From an uncultured Deferribacteres bacterium (GTDB taxonomy: Bacteria; Zhuqueibacterota; Zhuqueibacteria; Zhuqueibacterales; Geothermadaptataceae): DNA of 48,219 nt. The notes below the pieces were generated by a model. It did not search any database and was not told the DNA's origin. It saw nothing but the letters and a program-made list of their open reading frames with translations. The position numbers and the translations under genes are program-made. Below are positions 9,312 to 17,796 of this stretch, piece after piece. Location of the stretch: NCBI GenBank assembly GCA_964014485.1, contig CAXHAT010000037.1, positions 1 through 48,219 on the forward strand. The letters are read 5' to 3'. Each line of letters starts with the position of its first letter. Positions within the stretch are counted from its first letter, which is position 1.

Positions 9312-10997
9312 ATGAATCGTTGCTGTAGAAAATGCGTTTTCCTGGCCGCAATGTTGTTGGCCGCCTTCACAGGAGAAATCTACGCTCAACAGCCGATTTC
9401 AAACCTGGTTCCCGAGCCGATAACCAAGTCCGGTCTCTCGATCGAGCTTGAGGATTTTGTCCAGATACCGGCAAGTGACAATGGCTCGTCCGCCAAGGCG
9501 CGGATAAACATGTTGCGATCATCACATGATAAAACCGGTCGTCTGTTCGTCAATGATCTGCGGGGAAAGCTGTGGGTTATTCAAGACGAGACGCCGAGCG
9601 TGTATCTGGACGTCAAAACTGAAAAACCGAATTTCAAGGACTCTCCGGGACTTGGGACGGGCTTCGGATCATTTGCATTCCATCCTGAGTTCTCAACAAA
9701 CGGCAAGTTTTACACGGCGCACACGGAAAATCCAGGTTCGGGAACAGCGGATTTTGCCGGTCCCGCCCAACCTGTCGCCGAACTTCAAGGCGTGGTCACG
9801 GAATGGACGGCGTCTGATCCCGCCGCGAATATTTTCGAGGGTGACAGCCGGGAACTGCTTCGGATCGATATTTATCGGACGATCCACGGCTTGCAGGACA
9901 TGAAATTCAATCCCAACGCAATGCCCGGCGACGCTGATTACGGAAAACTTTACATTTGCCAAGGCGACGGCGGCGGCGTAGATCGAGGACTGCCGGAAAA
10001 TTCTCACCGTCTCGACTCTATTCTTGGCACAATCCTGCGAATCGATCCGTTGGGAACGAACAGCCGCAATGGCAAGTATGGAATTCCGGCTGACAACCCT
10101 TTTGCCAGCGACGACGATGCGGATACTCTGGATGAAATCTGGGCTTGGGGTTTTCGAAATCCACATCGCATCGCTTGGGATCTCGGCGGTGATCAAAAAA
10201 TGCTCATCGGCGAAATCGGGCAGCATGGGATTGAAGAAATCAATATTGGCGCCGCCGGAGCGAACTACGGTTGGAACGTGCGGGAAGGCATGTTTCTTAT
10301 CAACCCGCACGGGAATCTCAGACAGCTATTTACATTACCTGCTGACGACAGCACGAACGGCTTCACTTATCCGGTCGCACAATATGATCACGATGAGGGC
10401 GACGCCATCGTTGGCGGGTATGTCTATCGCGGGTCGAGTTCGCCTGATTTGACCGGCCTTTATATTTTCGGTGACATCAAGAAAGGCCGCCTGTTTTATG
10501 TCCCGGTCGACAGTCTGCAAACCGGTAAACAGGCGAAAATTCACGAACTCACCATCTTCTACAAAGGTGAGGAAAGGACAATTCTGAATATTGTCAATCA
10601 CTCGCGGGCGGACATCCGGTTTGGCATTGACGACGATGGCGAACTTTATCTTTTAAGCAAAGTCGACGGAACTATCAAAAGGATTTTAGGCGGAAATGCG
10701 GTGAGCGTCGATGATAAAAAACAAACGCAGCCTGTTCGATACGCGCTTTCTCAAAATTATCCAAATCCGTTTAACCCGGAAACGACCATCGAATTCGAAT
10801 TAGCTGTTGACGAAGTCGTCAATTTATCCGTGTATAATCAACTTGGTCAAAAAGTCGCGACGCTCATCAATGAAAGGAGAACTGCGGGAAGTCATTCTGT
10901 GACTTTTGATGCAAGTCAATTGGCTTCCGGAATCTATTTTTATGAAATGAAGACAGTGAGCTTCACTGCTCGAAAAAAGATGATACTCATCCGGTAA
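9312..10997 (+). CDS. PQQ-dependent sugar dehydrogenase (glucose/sorbosone dehydrogenase family) with T9SS-type CTD
   Basis: AFHPEF..NGKFY, GTILRIDP, YGIPADNPF, EIWAWGFRNPHR, GANYGW, GGYVYRG motifs; QNYPNPFNP CTD. Confidence 0.85.
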   Translation: MNRCCRKCVFLAAMLLAAFTGEIYAQQPISNLVPEPITKSGLSIELEDFVQIPASDNGSSAKARINMLRSSHDKTGRLFVNDLRGKLWVIQDETPSVYLDVKTEKPNFKDSPGLGTGFGSFAFHPEFSTNGKFYTAHTENPGSGTADFAGPAQPVAELQGVVTEWTASDPAANIFEGDSRELLRIDIYRTIHGLQDMKFNPNAMPGDADYGKLYICQGDGGGVDRGLPENSHRLDSILGTILRIDPLGTNSRNGKYGIPADNPFASDDDADTLDEIWAWGFRNPHRIAWDLGGDQKMLIGEIGQHGIEEINIGAAGANYGWNVREGMFLINPHGNLRQLFTLPADDSTNGFTYPVAQYDHDEGDAIVGGYVYRGSSSPDLTGLYIFGDIKKGRLFYVPVDSLQTGKQAKIHELTIFYKGEERTILNIVNHSRADIRFGIDDDGELYLLSKVDGTIKRILGGNAVSVDDKKQTQPVRYALSQNYPNPFNPETTIEFELAVDEVVNLSVYNQLGQKVATLINERRTAGSHSVTFDASQLASGIYFYEMKTVSFTARKKMILIR

Positions 10998-11014
10998 CCC
11001 CAAAGAATCGAGCT

Positions 11015-12004
11015 ATGGTGAAAATAGAGTTTTGGAATTTGCGTCCTGTTTATCTTATCGTTCTAGCAGCATTCCTTTCTGTCAGTTCCGTTTTAGCGCA
11101 GAGCAGTCTGCCTTTGATTTATGAGGAGAATTTTGAATCCGGCAGCACGAATTGGTCACCTAACATTCCTGCAAACTGGAGAGACGGATCGGATGAAGAC
11201 GGACATTTTTACGAGCTGTTGCAACCGGGGCCGTTTGGCTCGCCGAGGAGGCCGACTTCCAGTTCAATTCTGACGCCTTATGTCGTTGGCGATTTTGAGC
11301 TTGAGGTTGTCGCGAAAAGCAATGCGGATTCAACTATCGAAGCGCGGGATATTTGTTTGTTTTTTGGCTTTCAAGATTCTTTGCAATTTTACTACGCTCA
11401 TTTCGCAGCCACGAGCGGCAACGTGCATAATATCATCGCTATCGTGGACAGCGCAGATCGAAAGAAGATTAATTTCGAACCTGCTGGAACATCGACCGCG
11501 CTTCTTGACGACCATCAATTCCACAGACTGAAAATCGTCCGATCCGTAGAATCCGGCAGTATCGAAGCGTTTTTTGATGATCAAAAAATACTGACGGCAG
11601 TCGACAGCACTTTTTCATACGGCAAAATCGGAATCGGCTCGTTTGACGACGCCGCCGTTTTTAGATCCGTAAAATTATGGGGCGAGCTGATTACGACGGG
11701 CGTTGACGGAACGCCCAATCCGCCTGAAGAGTTTGCATTACACCAAAATTACCCAAACCCTTTTAACCCGGAAACCACAATCGGCTTCACATTAGCCAAA
11801 GCAAGCTCGATTAGTATTGACATTTTTGACCTCGGCGGGAAGCGTGTCAAATCATTGCTGAATGAACAAAGGCGAGCAGGTTATAGCCAGGTAAGTTGGA
11901 ACGGAACAGACTTAAATAATGTGCGGGTCGCCAGCGGCGTTTATGTCTATATTCTCAGAAACGGATATTTCAGCCAAACGCGAAAAATGGTGCTGTTGCA
12001 ATGA
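11015..12004 (+). CDS. ConA-like/DUF1080-like beta-sandwich protein with FlgD-Ig/T9SS-type CTD
   Basis: Signal peptide; DFELEV...HRLKI...GKIGIGSF...FRSVKL pattern; QNYPNPFNP...WNGTD...VASGVY CTD. Confidence 0.65.
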   Translation: MVKIEFWNLRPVYLIVLAAFLSVSSVLAQSSLPLIYEENFESGSTNWSPNIPANWRDGSDEDGHFYELLQPGPFGSPRRPTSSSILTPYVVGDFELEVVAKSNADSTIEARDICLFFGFQDSLQFYYAHFAATSGNVHNIIAIVDSADRKKINFEPAGTSTALLDDHQFHRLKIVRSVESGSIEAFFDDQKILTAVDSTFSYGKIGIGSFDDAAVFRSVKLWGELITTGVDGTPNPPEEFALHQNYPNPFNPETTIGFTLAKASSISIDIFDLGGKRVKSLLNEQRRAGYSQVSWNGTDLNNVRVASGVYVYILRNGYFSQTRKMVLLQ

Positions 12005-12026
12005 TCCAGATCATGGAAAAAACAAA

Positions 12027-14456
12027 ATGAAATTGAAAAAAATTAGACTCTTGCAAATTATTCCGCTTGTTATGCTCGCCAGCAATTTAATCGGCGCTGA
12101 ACGTTCAGTACGAAACGTCGATGAATTCAAAAGCGCAGTCGAAGCGGTGAAGCCGGGCGATACAATTGTTTTGGCGAACGGCGTTTGGCGGGACGCGGAT
12201 TTGGTTTTTGTCGGCGAAGGGACGGAAGCAAAGCCGATCACGCTCAGGGCGGAAGAGCCGGGCAAAGTGACGCTGGAAGGTCGTTCAAGGTTGAGGATCG
12301 CCGGAGAGTACCTGGTCGTCAGCGGGCTGGTTTTTATCAACGGCAGTACGCCGGGAAGCGCGGTCATCGCGTTTCGCAAAGATCGACAAAATCTCGCGAA
12401 TTACAGCCGCGTAACCAACTGCGTGATTGACAATTACAACCAGAGCGAGCGTTTCAAAAGGGATTCGTGGGTGTTGATGTACGGCAAACACAATCGCTTC
12501 GATCACAACTATCTTGCCAACAAAAAGAACGACGGCGTGACTATGGCGGTGGTTCTGAACGACGAACGTAATCAGCAAAACTTCCATCGCATCGATCATA
12601 ATTTCTTTGGCTACAAGCCGCGTCTGGGTTCAAACGGCGGCGAAACACTGCGAGTCGGAACCTCAAAGTTTTCACTAACTTCTTCCAACACCATCATTGA
12701 GGAGAACTTTTTCTATCGTTGCAACGGCGAGACCGAGGTCGCTTCGATCAAGGCGGGCGATAACATCATTCGCAACAACACGTTTTACGAGTGCGAGGGG
12801 AGCCTGGTCATGCGGCACGGCAACAACAATGTGATTTCAGGCAATTTTTTTATTGGCAATAACAAGCCGGAGACTGGCGGACTGCGCGTGATCAACGCCG
12901 GACACAAGATTTTCAATAACCATTTTCAGGACTTGAAGGGCGACCGTTTTCGTTCGGCGTTGGCGGTGATGAACGGCGTGCCGAATTCGCTGGTCAATCG
13001 CTACCACAAAGTCAAAGACGCGGTTATCGCGCACAATTCTTTTTACAATTGCGAAAACATCAAGTTTGGCGTGGGCAGCGATTTTGAGCGTACGGACGTG
13101 CCGGACAACGTTCTGGTCGCCAACAATCTGTTCGTCAACGCTGAGAAAGACGCGCCGTTTGAAGAACTGGACGATATGAGCGGCGTGACTTTCGAAGGCA
13201 ACGTTGCGCAAACGCAGAACGGCGATTTTAAGCGCGAAGGCTTCGTTGAGCTGGACCTGGCAATTCAAAGAAACACCGACGGACTCTTGGAGCCGACTTC
13301 AAAAAAGCTCAAGCAGTCGAAACTGCGCAAATTTGATTTTATCCCGAAAGACGTTTCCGGACGCGTGGGAAGCGAGATGCGCGCAAAACCATTGGCGACG
13401 GCGGAAAACACGGGCGTGCCGTGGTACAAGCCCGACGACGATCAAGCCGCGTTTGGCTCCGGCAAAGTCGTTTCGGTGGGCGCGGACGTTGGGGCGCTCG
13501 TCAAAGCAGTTGACAATTCTGAGCCGGGCGAGGGGATTGAAATGACCGAGAGCGGCGATTATTTGCTGGACAAGACGCTGGAAATCCGCCATCCGCTGAC
13601 GATTCGTGCCAAGAAAGGATTGTCTGAAAAACCGCTCTTTCTCTATCCAGGCAGCAGCGGCGGATTCGCGTTTATCAGCATCGAAAACGGCGGCAGTCTG
13701 CAAGTTTCGGGTTTGGCTTTCGACGGCGGCAGCGGCGGATCACAAACCGCGAGCGCGGCGATTCGGTCGAGCGAACAACCGATGATCGAGCATTACAGCC
13801 TGTTTGTGGACAATTGCAGTTTCACGAATTTTCAGGAATCCAGAAGCAACGCTTTCAAGGGATTTGAGAGCACTTACGCCGATTCAGTGGTTTTCACAAA
13901 TTGCTCATTCAGTAAAATGTCCGGCGACGCGATCAGTCTTGCGAGTCAAAAAGAAGACCGCGGACGCTACAACGCGGAATTCGTCGTCGTCGAAAATTGT
14001 GTTTTTCGCGATGTGATGGGGATCGCGTTGAATTTATATCGCGGCGGCAATGACGAGAGCACTTTTGGCCCGATTCTGAGCGTGGATCATTGCGTTTTTG
14101 AGAATGTGAACAATCGCGAGCAAGGTTCGGTGCTGCGACTCATCGGCGTTCAAATCGCCGACATTCGCAACAGTACTTTCTCCAACAGCGGCCGCGGCGG
14201 ACGCTCGGTCAAGTTCGAAGAATTTCGCTGGGATAAAATTCAGGTGAGCCACTGCAATTTGTACAATTCCGGAAGAGTCGAATCATTTTATGATAAAGCC
14301 GCGACGGAAGGAATGCTTTCCGAACCGCCGATGTTTCGCGACAAAGCCGCCGGAGATTTTCGCTTGCAGGAGACTTCAAAGCTTCGCGGTCGGGCGAGTG
14401 ATGGATTGGATATTGGTTTGAAAACTGAGCGCACTGAAGAACAGCCTGAAGGCTGA
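12027..14456 (+). CDS. Two-domain PL6 alginate lyase (chondroitinase-B-like N-terminal domain + C-terminal beta-helix), no CTD
   Basis: ATG at 12027 gives a signal peptide. Motifs PGDTIVLANGVW, LGSNGGETLRVGTS, EVASIK, LVMRHG, NGVPNSLVNRY; C-terminal YRGGNDESTFGP motif of two-domain PL6 enzymes. Confidence 0.92.
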   Translation: MKLKKIRLLQIIPLVMLASNLIGAERSVRNVDEFKSAVEAVKPGDTIVLANGVWRDADLVFVGEGTEAKPITLRAEEPGKVTLEGRSRLRIAGEYLVVSGLVFINGSTPGSAVIAFRKDRQNLANYSRVTNCVIDNYNQSERFKRDSWVLMYGKHNRFDHNYLANKKNDGVTMAVVLNDERNQQNFHRIDHNFFGYKPRLGSNGGETLRVGTSKFSLTSSNTIIEENFFYRCNGETEVASIKAGDNIIRNNTFYECEGSLVMRHGNNNVISGNFFIGNNKPETGGLRVINAGHKIFNNHFQDLKGDRFRSALAVMNGVPNSLVNRYHKVKDAVIAHNSFYNCENIKFGVGSDFERTDVPDNVLVANNLFVNAEKDAPFEELDDMSGVTFEGNVAQTQNGDFKREGFVELDLAIQRNTDGLLEPTSKKLKQSKLRKFDFIPKDVSGRVGSEMRAKPLATAENTGVPWYKPDDDQAAFGSGKVVSVGADVGALVKAVDNSEPGEGIEMTESGDYLLDKTLEIRHPLTIRAKKGLSEKPLFLYPGSSGGFAFISIENGGSLQVSGLAFDGGSGGSQTASAAIRSSEQPMIEHYSLFVDNCSFTNFQESRSNAFKGFESTYADSVVFTNCSFSKMSGDAISLASQKEDRGRYNAEFVVVENCVFRDVMGIALNLYRGGNDESTFGPILSVDHCVFENVNNREQGSVLRLIGVQIADIRNSTFSNSGRGGRSVKFEEFRWDKIQVSHCNLYNSGRVESFYDKAATEGMLSEPPMFRDKAAGDFRLQETSKLRGRASDGLDIGLKTERTEEQPEG

Positions 14457-14789
14457 ACTACAAACGACGGTGCGTTTTGAGCACTCGGAAAGTTGAAGAA
14501 AGCACTGTCGTTTGTAGTCCACGCTTTAGCGTGTTATTGAATTGTGAGCTTTTCTCAAGACGTGGATTGAGTTTATGTATTGGTTGGCGGATGCAATCCG
14601 AGGGCATTGGAGCGTCGGGGATTTTATGAAAGCCGAGCTGGAAGAAAATCCCCGACGAGCATGACTCGCAAGCAGGAATGCTTGCGTTACGACGATGCGT
14701 GAATTGACGACGATGCGTGAATTGAAATTTTAATGACTGGACGCTGAGCGTCCGAGAGTGCGTGGCAACGCAGAGCATTGTCACGAGAG
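14442..14789. repeat. Cluster of REP-like hairpins of several families plus an 18-bp tandem duplication
   Basis: IR 14457-14473/14502-14518 flanked by GTAG-type palindromes (14442-14455, 14520-14533); IR 14613-14625/14645-14657; hairpins at 14667-14686, 14739-14753 and 14760-14786; ACGACGATGCGTGAATTG x2 at 14689-14724. Confidence 0.75.
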
Positions 14790-14810
14790 GTGAATAAAAC
14801 GGAGGCTTTT

Positions 14811-17690
14811 ATGGCACATCAAATTTTTTTGAAGCGCCGCCTTTTAGCAGTTTTTTTAGTGTTCCTGGCGGCTTGCCCGGTCTTCGCGGGGGAGACGGGC
14901 AAGATCGCCGGGAAGGTGATCGACAAAACCAGCGGCGAGCCGTTGCCGGGGGCGAACATTGTGCTCGAAGGCACAAATCTGGGCGCGGCCTCGGACGTGA
15001 ACGGCGATTATTTTATCATCAACGTTCCGCCGGGATTACACCGCGTTCGCGCTTCTTTTGTCGGCTACCAGACCGAAATCCAGCAGGATGTGCGCGTACA
15101 AGTCGACCGCACAACGCCGTTGAATTTCGCGCTTTCCGAAGAAGCGATCAGCGCGGAAGAAGTGGTGGTCGTGGCTTACCGCCCGGAAACGGTGGAGCAG
15201 GATTTGACTGCGACGAAGCAAACCTATGACGTTGCTGAAATTGAGGATTTGCCCGGCATTAATGACGTCGGCGACATCATCAATCTGCAAGCGGACGTTT
15301 CGGACGGGCATTTCCGCGGCGGGCGTGCGGGCGAGGCGGTTTATTTGATCAACGGCGCGAGCCTGCGAAACCCGCTTTCGAATTCTACGGCGTTTGAACC
15401 GTTGACCATCGGCTTGCAGCAGGTTGAAGTTTATACTTCCGGCTTTAGCGCCGAGTACGGCAACGTGCAGTCTGGCGTGATCAACATGGTCGCGAAGGAA
15501 GGGCGCTCCGATAAATGGGAAACGACGATCGACGCATCGACGACGAATTCTTACTACAAGACCCACGGCGGCAGTGTTTTCTCGGAAGATTACATCGACT
15601 ATTTTGACCGTCTCAACAGCACGGAAGAATGGGCGTTCGGCAAAGACCCTATTTCCGGCGTTGATTTATGGGCGCATTTTGGTTTGAGCTTTGACCGCTA
15701 TCTTCCGGACGCTCCGATTGTCTTTCCCCCGCAGCCCATCAGCCGCGAAGACTCCCTGCGCACCGCTGATTTGACCCGAATTCTCTGGCTGCAATCCGTC
15801 CGTGACATCGGTTTGGAATACGACGCGCCTGACTATCGCGTCGAATTTTCCAGCGGTGGACCGCTTGTCAAAAATACGACGATGTTCATCGCCGGACAGC
15901 ACAATGTTTCTCAACCGTTTTTGCCGACGGGCAGACCGAATTTGTCGCAGCAACTGATGAGCAACATCACCTACCACGCCAACGCGAGCAGCAAAATCAA
16001 ACTGCTCTACAATTTCAGCAACGGCTTCAGCAACGGCATCACGAGCAATTATTTTCGCTGGTTTGAGCGCGCCACGAATGTGACGAAGCAAACGCGCAGC
16101 ACGCATCAAGTTGGTCTGGCGTGGAACAAAGTGCTCAACCCTTCAACCTTTGTCGATCTCAAAATCAGCCAGCTCTTTACGCGCGAAGAAGACAAAATCG
16201 ATTTGCTTGGCGACAGCACTTTCACCCAGCTTTATACCGACCGGATCAATTGGCGCGACTACACGGCGCCGACCGGTTACCAAATCGGCAAATTGCAGAC
16301 AACCAGCGGCTCGGAAAAAACCAATACGCTGACCTTCAACGGCAGCCTGACGAGCCAGATTAACAAGAACAACTTGTTGAAGGCGGGATTTCAGTTCTAC
16401 CGCTACGATATTGATGTGGCGTATCTTCGCAGCCGCAGCAACGCATCGCAATTGCGTTTGGAGAATTACAAAAAGACGCCGTTTGAAGGCGCGTTCTATG
16501 TGCAGGACAAGCTCGAGTTCGAGGGGATGATCGCGAACCTGGGCATGCGTTACGATTTTTACGATCTGAACACGCAGTTTTTCACCAACAAGTTCTCGCC
16601 CTATCTAAATCCAAACTTCGATCCGACCGATCCTGAGCAGGGCGCGTTTTATGACGAGTCGCTGGCGGCGACGCAAAACACGAGTCTGCGCCATCATTTC
16701 CAGCCGCGTATTGGCATTTCATTCCCGGTTTCCGATCAGGCGGTGCTGCATTTGAACTACGGCGTTTTTACCCAGCGTCCGGCGTTTGAGTACATTTTTG
16801 TCAACCGCCTGCGCTATCAGGGCACGCCGGATTATGAGCGCCTCGGAAACCCGGAGCTTGAGCCGGAGCGCACGATTTCCTACGACATTGGTCTTGTTCG
16901 CGCCCTGCCGCTCGGCTTCTATCTGGATGTGAGCGCTTATCTGAAAGATGTGAGCAACCTGTTGCAATTCGCGGTTTATGAAGACAACGGCGGCAATCGC
17001 TATTTCACGTTCGACAATCGCGAATATGCCAACGTGAAAGGCTTTCACGTCAATTTGGAAAAGAATCTTGGCTGGCTGCGCGGATATGTGCGCTACAATT
17101 GGGAAGCGGCGAAAGGCAAGTCCGGCGGCGCTATCGGCAGCGGCGCACGCGCGGAGTTTTTTGAGAACGACGCTCTCGACGACATCCTGCCGTCACCCAA
17201 AGACATCTTTCTGGATTTCGACCGGACGCACAAGCTGGTCGGAAATTTGAGCTTGCGCACAAATAAAAACGCCGGCTTCTCACTTTTCGGATTTCACCCG
17301 TTCGGCGATCTTTCCATAAGCGGGACTTACCGCCTGTCTTCGGGACGACCCTTTACCTGGGATCCGAGCGGGCAGGGCTTGCAAATGAATCAGCGTTCAC
17401 CGACCGAGCATGATTTGCGCGCGCGTTTGAACAAGACGGTTTCGATTAACGGCACGGGCGCGAAGTTCTACGCCGAGGCTTTCAACCTGTTGAACAAGCG
17501 GTTCTTCAACTATGGACGGACGTTTCAAGACCCGCAGGGCGAGCAGAATACGTTCAAGATTCGCTACATGGAAGATCGCGAAAACCTGCTGACCCAAACC
17601 GAATTCGCGCCTTACTTCACCAGTCTGGAAGGCTATCTTTTTGGCAACCAGCCCCGGCATTATCGGTTCGGGATCGAGTTTGATTTTTAG
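14811..17690 (+). CDS. TonB-dependent receptor with N-terminal carboxypeptidase-regulatory-like domain
   Basis: GGAGG SD then ATG; TGKIAGKVIDK..GEPLPGANI; plug motifs FRGGR and SGFSAEYGN..SGVIN; PRIGISFP; GNPELEPERTISYDIG; terminal Phe. Confidence 0.92.
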   Translation: MAHQIFLKRRLLAVFLVFLAACPVFAGETGKIAGKVIDKTSGEPLPGANIVLEGTNLGAASDVNGDYFIINVPPGLHRVRASFVGYQTEIQQDVRVQVDRTTPLNFALSEEAISAEEVVVVAYRPETVEQDLTATKQTYDVAEIEDLPGINDVGDIINLQADVSDGHFRGGRAGEAVYLINGASLRNPLSNSTAFEPLTIGLQQVEVYTSGFSAEYGNVQSGVINMVAKEGRSDKWETTIDASTTNSYYKTHGGSVFSEDYIDYFDRLNSTEEWAFGKDPISGVDLWAHFGLSFDRYLPDAPIVFPPQPISREDSLRTADLTRILWLQSVRDIGLEYDAPDYRVEFSSGGPLVKNTTMFIAGQHNVSQPFLPTGRPNLSQQLMSNITYHANASSKIKLLYNFSNGFSNGITSNYFRWFERATNVTKQTRSTHQVGLAWNKVLNPSTFVDLKISQLFTREEDKIDLLGDSTFTQLYTDRINWRDYTAPTGYQIGKLQTTSGSEKTNTLTFNGSLTSQINKNNLLKAGFQFYRYDIDVAYLRSRSNASQLRLENYKKTPFEGAFYVQDKLEFEGMIANLGMRYDFYDLNTQFFTNKFSPYLNPNFDPTDPEQGAFYDESLAATQNTSLRHHFQPRIGISFPVSDQAVLHLNYGVFTQRPAFEYIFVNRLRYQGTPDYERLGNPELEPERTISYDIGLVRALPLGFYLDVSAYLKDVSNLLQFAVYEDNGGNRYFTFDNREYANVKGFHVNLEKNLGWLRGYVRYNWEAAKGKSGGAIGSGARAEFFENDALDDILPSPKDIFLDFDRTHKLVGNLSLRTNKNAGFSLFGFHPFGDLSISGTYRLSSGRPFTWDPSGQGLQMNQRSPTEHDLRARLNKTVSINGTGAKFYAEAFNLLNKRFFNYGRTFQDPQGEQNTFKIRYMEDRENLLTQTEFAPYFTSLEGYLFGNQPRHYRFGIEFDF

Positions 17691-17796
17691 AAAAATGTAT
17701 GTCGTTTTAACTCAAAATGATTGAAGTCAAAATCATAAATCAAAAAACTTCGTCATTTTGACTCTAATAATTCTGACTTTAAAATGGAGTCATAGA

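Noticed and set aside
14458..14784. 108-aa minus-strand ORF, and the 18-bp duplication as a possible CRISPR
   Set aside because: The ORF runs through REP hairpins; the repeat has only two adjacent copies, no spacers and no cas genes.
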